Positions 23,728-32,000 of a stretch of 32,000 nucleotides of DNA are shown one piece after another (the first letter of the stretch is position 1; every line of letters starts with the position of its first letter). Position numbers and translations under genes: made by a program. The stretch covers positions 4,692,128 through 4,724,127 of the forward strand of contig NZ_KE161030.1 of assembly GCF_000412335.2 (NCBI RefSeq), given 5' to 3'. The notes beneath the pieces were generated by a model. That model was not told where the DNA came from and made no database searches. It saw only the letters and a program-made list of their open reading frames with translations. The DNA comes from Cedecea davisae DSM 4568. Lineage in GTDB: Bacteria; Pseudomonadota; Gammaproteobacteria; Enterobacterales; Enterobacteriaceae.

Positions 23728-24537
23728 ATGCCTGAATTACCAGAGGTTGAAACCAGCCGCCGCGGTATTGAACCGCATCTGGTCGGCCAAACGATTTTGC
23801 ATGCCGTGGTACGCAATTCACGTTTGCGTTGGCCGGTATCCGATGAAATTCATGCCCTGAGCGATAAGCCGGTGCTGAGCGTACAGCGTCGGGCAAAGTA
23901 TTTACTGCTGGAACTGCCGGACGGCTGGATAATCATCCATCTTGGTATGTCCGGTAGCCTGAGGATCCTTCAGGACGAGCTTCCCGCAGAGAAGCACGAT
24001 CATGTTGATCTGGTTATGAGTAACGGCAAAGTTCTGCGCTATACAGATCCGCGCCGTTTCGGGGCGTGGTTATGGGCTAAAGAGCTTGAGGGCAGTAATG
24101 TTCTGTCTCATCTTGGGCCAGAACCGCTGAGCGATGAATTTAACGCTGATTACCTGCGTGAGAAATCGGCGAAAAAGAAAACGGCGATCAAACCGTGGTT
24201 AATGGATAACAAACTTGTGGTTGGCGTGGGGAATATCTATGCCAGCGAGTCGCTGTTTGCCGCCGGGATCCACCCTGACAGGGCAGCAAATTCACTCTCG
24301 AAACGTGAGTCTGAAATTTTAGTCGCGACGATCAAAGCGGTACTGCTGCGTTCAATTGAGCAGGGCGGGACAACGCTAAAAGACTTTCTTCAGTCTGATG
24401 GTAAACCGGGATACTTTGCGCAGGAACTGCAAGTTTATGGTCGGGCAGGTGAACCGTGCCGGGTATGTGGTGCGCCGATTGTTGCCGGTAAGCACGGGCA
24501 GCGCAGCACTTATTATTGCCGTCGCTGCCAGCGGTAA
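23728..24537 (+). CDS. mutM: Formamidopyrimidine-DNA glycosylase
   Basis: [23 protein letters not shown]... with C-terminal zinc finger [26 protein letters not shown]; RBS ggagg; ORF-track start at 23671 lies in the terminator. Confidence 0.98.
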   Translation: MPELPEVETSRRGIEPHLVGQTILHAVVRNSRLRWPVSDEIHALSDKPVLSVQRRAKYLLLELPDGWIIIHLGMSGSLRILQDELPAEKHDHVDLVMSNGKVLRYTDPRRFGAWLWAKELEGSNVLSHLGPEPLSDEFNADYLREKSAKKKTAIKPWLMDNKLVVGVGNIYASESLFAAGIHPDRAANSLSKRESEILVATIKAVLLRSIEQGGTTLKDFLQSDGKPGYFAQELQVYGRAGEPCRVCGAPIVAGKHGQRSTYYCRRCQR

Positions 24538-26303
<1,766 letters not shown>

Positions 26304-26608
26304 AGGACATGACTGACATTATGAATGTGCTGGGGATTCTATGTATTTAACCTGAGCTTTGCCATTACTTTTCCCCTATTTGGCTTAAAAGCTATGCGCA
26401 TTGCACCGGGATGGTGCGCACCCGGGTTTTCGCTTTCTGCTTAGGTTAGCTATAAAGGGGCTAAAATTGACCGGAAATAGCCTTTCGTCATGATGTACAC
26501 GTAACAATATTTCTATTCTTATCATGTTGTTATGCTTAGGGATATTCGTTTCGGAATGGCCGGGAATAAGTGATACACTAGATATAAAAATGAACACGTT
26601 GTCAGTGG

Positions 26609-26641
26609 ACAGGTAGCTGTTGAGCCTGGGGCGGTAGCGTG
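26609..26641 (+). promoter_or_regulatory. JUMPstart region with ops element for RfaH-dependent expression of the waaQ operon
   Basis: acaggtagctgttgagcctggggcggtagcgtg; ops core GGCGGTAGCGT at 26630-26640, followed by a T-rich stretch, in the waaQ 5' UTR. Confidence 0.9.
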
Positions 26642-26681
26642 TTTTTTTGTTTTTCAGTATTGCTGATATTAAGAGCCGACG

Positions 26682-27752
26682 GTGAATACGACATTTAAAA
26701 GAATTCTGGTGATAAAAATGCGCTTTCACGGCGATATGTTGCTGACAACGCCCGTGATCGGTACCCTCAAGCGCAACTATCCTGAAGCAAAAATAGATGT
26801 CCTGCAGTATCAGGATACGATTCCGATTCTTTCTGGAAACCCAGAAATCAATGCAAGTTACGGTATAAGCAACAAAGGCGTAAAGACCGGAAAGAAAATC
26901 AGTAATTTCCTCTCGCTGATAAGCCGCCTGCGAAAGAACCAATATGATCTGATAGTAAACCTGACCGATCAGTGGAGCGTGGCAATGATGGTTCGTTGCC
27001 TTGGCCCGGCGGTAAAAATTTCCCAGGATTACGATCATCGGCAATCATCGTTCTGGAAAAATAGCTTCACCCATCTTGCTCCTGTTGTTGGCGATCATGT
27101 GGTTGAAGCCAGTCTTTCCGTTCTGGCTCCTTTGGGCATTACCGATTTCTGTACCGAAACGACCCTGTTTTATGCCCCGGCGGACTGGCAGAAGATTCGT
27201 GGAATGCTGGATGAGCAAGGTGTCAGAGATAACTATGTTGTCATCCAGCCGACTGCCCGGCAGCTGTTTAAATGCTGGGATAACGACAAGTTTTCACGGG
27301 TTATTGATTTCTTGCAGGATAAGGGGTTTCCAGTTGTATTGACTTCCGGCCCAGGCGCTGCCGACCTTGCCTGCGTTAACGAAATTGCACAGGGTTGCCA
27401 GCGCCCCCCGATTGTGGCGCTCGCCGGCAAGACGAGTTTCCCCGAGTTGGGCGCATTAATCGATCATGCGGCATTGTTCATCGGCGTTGACTCTGCTCCC
27501 GGGCATATTGCTGCTGCGGTGAAAACGCCGGTAATTAGCCTGTTTGGCGCAACGGATCATATTTACTGGCGTCCATGGACCGAGCAGATTACCCAGTTCT
27601 GGGCGGGTAACTATCAACCGATGCCCCCTCGAGCTCAGCTCGATCGGAATAAAAAATACATGTCGGTTATCCCCGCAGAGGATGTGATTGCCGCCGTTTC
27701 AAAAATGCTCCCCGTAACTGAGGCAGAGCCACAAACTGGCGGAACACTATGA
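26682..27752 (+). CDS. waaQ: LPS core heptosyltransferase III (GT9)
   Basis: RILVIKMRFHGDMLLTTPVIGTLKRNYPEAKIDVLQYQDT...LFIGVDSAPGHIAAA; first gene after JUMPstart, divergent from waaA. Confidence 0.92.
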   Translation: MNTTFKRILVIKMRFHGDMLLTTPVIGTLKRNYPEAKIDVLQYQDTIPILSGNPEINASYGISNKGVKTGKKISNFLSLISRLRKNQYDLIVNLTDQWSVAMMVRCLGPAVKISQDYDHRQSSFWKNSFTHLAPVVGDHVVEASLSVLAPLGITDFCTETTLFYAPADWQKIRGMLDEQGVRDNYVVIQPTARQLFKCWDNDKFSRVIDFLQDKGFPVVLTSGPGAADLACVNEIAQGCQRPPIVALAGKTSFPELGALIDHAALFIGVDSAPGHIAAAVKTPVISLFGATDHIYWRPWTEQITQFWAGNYQPMPPRAQLDRNKKYMSVIPAEDVIAAVSKMLPVTEAEPQTGGTL

Positions 27753-28873
27753 CCGTTGCTTTTTGCCTGTATAAATATTTTCCCTTTGGTGGCCTGCAGC
27801 GGGACTTCATGCGTATTGCGCAGGCGGTTGCAGCGCGTGGTCATGTTGTTCGCGTTTACGTGCAGTCCTGGCAAGGGGATAAGCCTGAAGAATTTGAGAT
27901 TATTACCGTCCCGGTTCGCTCGAAGACAAACCATGGCCGAAATGCCGAATATTATCAGTGGGTGAAGGCGCATCTAAGCCAGCATCCGGTCGCGCGGGTG
28001 GTTGGCTTTAATAAAATGCCGGGCCTGGATGTTTATTACGCCGCCGACGTTTGTTACGCCGAGAAAGTGGCAAAAGAAAAAGGTTTCTTTTACCGCCTGA
28101 CTTCCCGCTATCGACACTATGCGGAGTTCGAACGAGCCACATTCGAGCAGGGAAAACCGACAAAACTGCTTATGCTGACGGATAAGCAAATCGCTGACTT
28201 TGAAAAACACTACGGCACGGAATCCTCCCGTTTCCTGATCCTTCCTCCCGGCATCTATCCCGATCGTAGATTCGATAACCATCAGCCAGGAAGCCGGGAT
28301 CGTTATCGGGAAAAAAATGAGATTGGCGCAGAGGACTACCTTGTATTGCAGGTAGGTTCCGATTTTTCGCGTAAAGGGGTCGATCGCTCTATTGAGGCGC
28401 TTGCTGCTTTGCCAGAAGCCATTCGCAACAGGACCACGTTATTTGTCGTCGGCCAGGATAAACCTGGGCGCTTTAAGGCATTAGCGCAAAAACGTGGCGT
28501 GGAAAACCGGGTTCGTTTCTTTTCCGGGCGAAATGACGTCTCTGAACTGATGATTGCCGCCGACTTGCTTATCCACCCTGCCTATCAGGAGGCGGCCGGG
28601 ATTGTGCTGCTCGAGGCTATTGCAGCCGGATTGCCTATCCTTGTGACGGAGGTTTGCGGCTACGCGCATTATATTGCGGATGCAAAATGCGGCAGGGTAA
28701 TTGCCGAGCCGTTTAATCAAAAGTCGCTAAATGAGGCTTTATCTGGCGCTCTGACGAACACAGAGCAGCGCCAACTTTGGGCCGAACATGCCCGTCATTA
28801 CGCCTGCACCCAGGACATTTATAGCCTGGCAGAAAAAGCAGCTGACATTATTGTGGGGGAGCCGCGTGGTTGA
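27749..28873 (+). CDS. waaG: LPS core glucosyltransferase I (GT4)
   Basis: [25 protein letters not shown]...; ATGA overlap with the waaQ stop; 374 aa. Confidence 0.96.
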   Translation: MTVAFCLYKYFPFGGLQRDFMRIAQAVAARGHVVRVYVQSWQGDKPEEFEIITVPVRSKTNHGRNAEYYQWVKAHLSQHPVARVVGFNKMPGLDVYYAADVCYAEKVAKEKGFFYRLTSRYRHYAEFERATFEQGKPTKLLMLTDKQIADFEKHYGTESSRFLILPPGIYPDRRFDNHQPGSRDRYREKNEIGAEDYLVLQVGSDFSRKGVDRSIEALAALPEAIRNRTTLFVVGQDKPGRFKALAQKRGVENRVRFFSGRNDVSELMIAADLLIHPAYQEAAGIVLLEAIAAGLPILVTEVCGYAHYIADAKCGRVIAEPFNQKSLNEALSGALTNTEQRQLWAEHARHYACTQDIYSLAEKAADIIVGEPRG

Positions 28874-29663
28874 TTTAAAAGAGCCTTTTGCCTCCCTTTG
28901 GCGGGGTAAGGATGTTTTTGCTGAAGTTAAAAAGCTTCAGGGTGAGGTTTTTCGCGAGCTGGAAACCCGGCGCACGCTTCGCTTCGAAGCCGCAGGAAAG
29001 AGCTATTTCCTGAAATGGCACCAGGGCACTGCCTTTAAAGAAGTCGTAAAAAACCTTATTTCATTCCGTATGCCGGTCCTGGGTGCCGACCGTGAATGGA
29101 AGGCTATTCATCGCCTGAAGGCGCTGGATGTGGACACCATGCAGGGCGTTGGATTTGGTGAAAAAGGGCTGAATCCAATCAATAAAACGTCATTTATCAT
29201 TACCGAAGATCTGACCCCAACAATTAGCCTCGAAGATTACTGCGCCGACTGGGCAACTAACCCGCCTGATGTGAAAGTGAAGCGGATGCTGATCGGGCGT
29301 GTTGCCGCTATGGTGCGCAAAATGCACGGCGGCGGCGTGAACCATCGTGATTGCTACATTTGCCACTTTTTATTGCATCTGCCGTTTGATGGTCAGGAAA
29401 GCGACTTAAAGATTTCGGTAATTGACCTGCATCGCGCGCAGATTCGTTCAAAAGCTCCTCTCCGTTGGCGGGACAAGGATCTCATCGGACTTTACTTCTC
29501 ATCGATGAATATTGGGCTGACTCAGCGGGATATTTGGCGGTTTATGAGAGTTTATTTTGATCGTCCGCTCAGGGAAATCGTCTCTCAGGAGTCCGCTTTA
29601 TTGGCCAGAGCTGAGGCTAAAGCGGAAAAAATCCGTGAACGTACACAGCGTAAATCTCTTTAA
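28866..29663 (+). CDS. waaP: LPS core heptose(I) kinase, GTG start
   Basis: (GTG)[53 protein letters not shown]...[16 protein letters not shown]; 265 aa; overlaps the waaG 3' end. The ATG at 28788 would add a non-family N-terminus. Confidence 0.93.
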   Translation: MVDLKEPFASLWRGKDVFAEVKKLQGEVFRELETRRTLRFEAAGKSYFLKWHQGTAFKEVVKNLISFRMPVLGADREWKAIHRLKALDVDTMQGVGFGEKGLNPINKTSFIITEDLTPTISLEDYCADWATNPPDVKVKRMLIGRVAAMVRKMHGGGVNHRDCYICHFLLHLPFDGQESDLKISVIDLHRAQIRSKAPLRWRDKDLIGLYFSSMNIGLTQRDIWRFMRVYFDRPLREIVSQESALLARAEAKAEKIRERTQRKSL

Positions 29664-29683
29664 TTTATTGATATAGAATCCTC

Positions 29684-30757
29684 ATGAAAATAGCGTTCGT
29701 CGGTGAGTCCGTTTCCGGGTTTGGCGGAATGGAAACGGTAATTAAAGATGTTATCGGTGCTTTTCAAAATAAAGCTCAGCCTGATGATTGCAGCATGTTT
29801 TTCTTTTGCCGTAATGACAAAATGGACAAACAATGGCTGCAGGGTGTGGACGTTTCTTATTCTTTTAGCAGCCAGAAAATATCATTTTTGCGCAAGCTAA
29901 AGCATGTTTATGCATTTAGCCAATGGGTAAAGGAAAACCGACCAGAAGTGGTGATTTGCATCGATGTGCTTTCCTGCTTACTGGTGAACAAAGCCAGAAA
30001 AAAAGCGGGCGTGAAGTTTAAAATTTATTCCTGGCCGCATTTCTCGCTGGATCACAAAAAGCATGCTGAATGTATCATTTATGCTGATCGTCATTTAGCC
30101 ATCAGTTCCGGTATCAAAAGACAAATGCAGGCACGAGGAGTTCCGGAATCGGCCATTAGTCTGGTGTATAACCCCGTAAGCCGGAAGTCAGAAATCATCC
30201 CCGCTCCGGCTAAAGGGGAAGTGGCAATCTTTCTCTATGTCGGACGCATGAAATTTGAAGGGCAAAAGAGAATCAAAGATTTACTCGACGGTTTGGCAAA
30301 CACTACCGGGCCATGGCAGTTGCATGTAATTGGTGACGGGTCCGATTTTGCAAAGTGTCAGGAATACGGTAAGCAGTTGAATATTGATGCCAATATTACC
30401 TGGCATGGCTGGCAACCCGATCCATGGGGGCTGGTTAAAAATCAAATAAAATCAGTAACTGCACTGCTGCTTACCTCATCGTTTGAGGGGTTTGGCATGG
30501 TATTACTTGAGGCAATGTCTTACGGTATTCCGTGTATCAGCTCTGATTGTGTTGCGGGGCCAGAAGATATTATTCAGAATGGCATCAATGGCTATCTCTA
30601 TAATCCTTCGAAAATTAATGACTTTGTTGATTTATTAAATAAGGCCATATCAGGTGATATAAATATTAACCACCAAAATATTCCTTTGACGATATCTCAT
30701 TTTTATAATGAACTTTATTTTGAGAGAATGAGTTCAACCATATTTTCTGAAAATTGA
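29684..30757 (+). CDS. waaB: GT4 glycosyltransferase, WaaB-like (LPS core alpha-1,6-galactosyltransferase)
   Basis: MKIAFVGESVSGFGGMETVIKDVI...SWPHFSLDHKKHAECIIYADRHLAISSGI...LTSSFEGFGMVLLEAMSYGIPCISSD; resembles E. coli/Salmonella WaaB. Exact sugar specificity cannot be read from sequence. Confidence 0.82.
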   Translation: MKIAFVGESVSGFGGMETVIKDVIGAFQNKAQPDDCSMFFFCRNDKMDKQWLQGVDVSYSFSSQKISFLRKLKHVYAFSQWVKENRPEVVICIDVLSCLLVNKARKKAGVKFKIYSWPHFSLDHKKHAECIIYADRHLAISSGIKRQMQARGVPESAISLVYNPVSRKSEIIPAPAKGEVAIFLYVGRMKFEGQKRIKDLLDGLANTTGPWQLHVIGDGSDFAKCQEYGKQLNIDANITWHGWQPDPWGLVKNQIKSVTALLLTSSFEGFGMVLLEAMSYGIPCISSDCVAGPEDIIQNGINGYLYNPSKINDFVDLLNKAISGDININHQNIPLTISHFYNELYFERMSSTIFSEN

Positions 30758-30764
30758 GTATGTT

Positions 30765-31775
30765 ATGACTTCTACTTATTTAAATATCTCTGATGTGATC
30801 TGCGAGAAAATAGAGCTCGATTTTCAGAGTGATAGTCATCCTGAAGCATTAACTATTGCTTTTGGAACGGATAAGAATTTTTTGCTGGGTTGTGGAGTCG
30901 CAGTTGCTTCCGTGATTATCAGCAACCCTCAACATAAATTCTCATTCCATATTTTCACCGATGAATTCTCTGCGCAAACCAGGGATGATTTTTCTACTTT
31001 AGCTAAAACATATAAAATAAAGATAACTGTTTATGTTATCGATGGTAGCGAATTGAATGGTTTGCCAATAACGAAAAATTGGACTAAGGCTATTTACTAT
31101 CGATTCATTATTTTTGATTATTTTAATGAAAAATGCGAACGAGTACTGTATCTCGACTCTGATATTGTTTGTCAAAATCCTTTAGATGAACTTATTAGGC
31201 TGGATCTGGGGGATAGCATCGCCGCAGTGGTTGCAGATGAGTCGAAAGAATGGTGGGAAAAGCGAGCCAGTCAGCTGCGATGCCCGGCGATCAAGAATGG
31301 TTATTTCAACTCAGGTGTACTGCTGGTTAACCCTGGGCGATGGGCTGAACAGGAAATAACTAAAAAAGCACTGGCATTACTTAACGATCGTGAGGTTCAG
31401 GAGTATATATCTTATCCCGATCAAGATATTCTCAACATTTTACTGGCCGGTGATTTGCTCTTCCTGGATGTAAAGTATAATACACAATTCAGTCTTAACT
31501 ATGAATTGAAAGATAATGTCAGCGTCCCTATTAAATCCGAAACGGTTTTTATTCATTATATAGGGCCAACCAAGCCGTGGCATGCCTGGGGGAATTATGC
31601 ATCAAGTCAGCCTTTTATGGATGCCAAAAAACAGTCGCCATGGGAAGGTAAGAAGCTACTTGAACCTGTAACCGCGACGCAAAGCCGTTATGCAGCCAAG
31701 CATTTCACCAGGCAAAAAAAATACTTTCTTGCTATGGTGTGCTGGGCAAAATATTATTTGTATAAACTTAAATAA
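30765..31775 (+). CDS. waaI: GT8 LPS outer core glycosyltransferase, WaaI/WaaO-like
   Basis: LTIAFGTDKNFLLGCGVAVASVI...YYRFIIFDYF...RVLYLDSDIVC (DXD motif)...YNTQFSLNYELKDN...HYIGPTKPWHAW. The name waaI versus waaO depends on donor sugar (Gal versus Glc) and is unresolved. Confidence 0.8.
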   Translation: MTSTYLNISDVICEKIELDFQSDSHPEALTIAFGTDKNFLLGCGVAVASVIISNPQHKFSFHIFTDEFSAQTRDDFSTLAKTYKIKITVYVIDGSELNGLPITKNWTKAIYYRFIIFDYFNEKCERVLYLDSDIVCQNPLDELIRLDLGDSIAAVVADESKEWWEKRASQLRCPAIKNGYFNSGVLLVNPGRWAEQEITKKALALLNDREVQEYISYPDQDILNILLAGDLLFLDVKYNTQFSLNYELKDNVSVPIKSETVFIHYIGPTKPWHAWGNYASSQPFMDAKKQSPWEGKKLLEPVTATQSRYAAKHFTRQKKYFLAMVCWAKYYLYKLK

Positions 31776-31842
31776 ATTGCTCTAGCGTACAGCAGCGAAA
31801 CGTGAGTTTACTGTTTTTCCGTATTCTTTCTCGCAGGTAAAA

Positions 31843-32000
31843 ATGACCGCATTCAATCAATACATTAATAAAAAAGACTCCTTTAGCTATGGAGCGCAGG
31901 ATATTGAAAGCAGACCTGGTTTTCATATTGCTTATGGCGCTGACGTTAACTATCAGTTAGGTGCTGCAATTTCTATTGCTTCTATTGCTGAGCACAACCG
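31843..32000 (+). CDS. Second GT8 LPS core glycosyltransferase, WaaJ/WaaR-like, 3' truncated by window edge
   Basis: MTAFNQYINKKDSFSYGAQDIESRPGFHIAYGADVNYQLGAAISIASIAEHN..., typical GT8 N-terminus (AYGADxNY); continues past 32000. Confidence 0.72.
   Translation, partial: MTAFNQYINKKDSFSYGAQDIESRPGFHIAYGADVNYQLGAAISIASIAEHN

Noticed and set aside
26385-27044. 219-aa minus-strand ORF spanning the waaA-waaQ intergenic and waaQ 5' end
   Set aside because: It covers the JUMPstart element and waaQ coding region antisense, with no recognisable domain; most likely chance.

Overview
The window is a compact enterobacterial chromosomal backbone segment at both strand and gene-order level, with almost no uncovered space. 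From left to right it holds: typA 3' end; yihX-yihY-dtd-fabY(yiiD) on +; yicH and xanP on -; gltS on +; recG, trmH, spoT, rpoZ and gmk on -; ligB on +; yicG on -; a small HTH-like ORF preceded by a coupled 18-codon mini-ORF; yicC on -; rph-pyrE on + with an attenuator-like hairpin; slmA, dut and coaBC on -; radC, rpmB, rpmG and mutM on +; coaD and waaA on -; and the start of the RfaH/JUMPstart-type LPS core operon waaQ-waaG-waaP-waaB-waaI/O-waaJ/R, whose last gene is cut by the window edge. I found no CRISPR array, tRNA/rRNA, phage, integrase, transposon, toxin-antitoxin pair or obvious defence system. The best candidates for follow-up are: (1) the small HTH-like protein with its coupled leader ORF between yicG and yicC, where E. 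coli K-12 carries dinD; (2) the fabY|yicH gene-order junction relative to K-12, with GC-rich palindromes on both sides of yicH; (3) the variable LPS outer-core genes; (4) a structured rpmB leader. I do not claim a new system. Family names come from recalled protein similarity and were not checked by database search.
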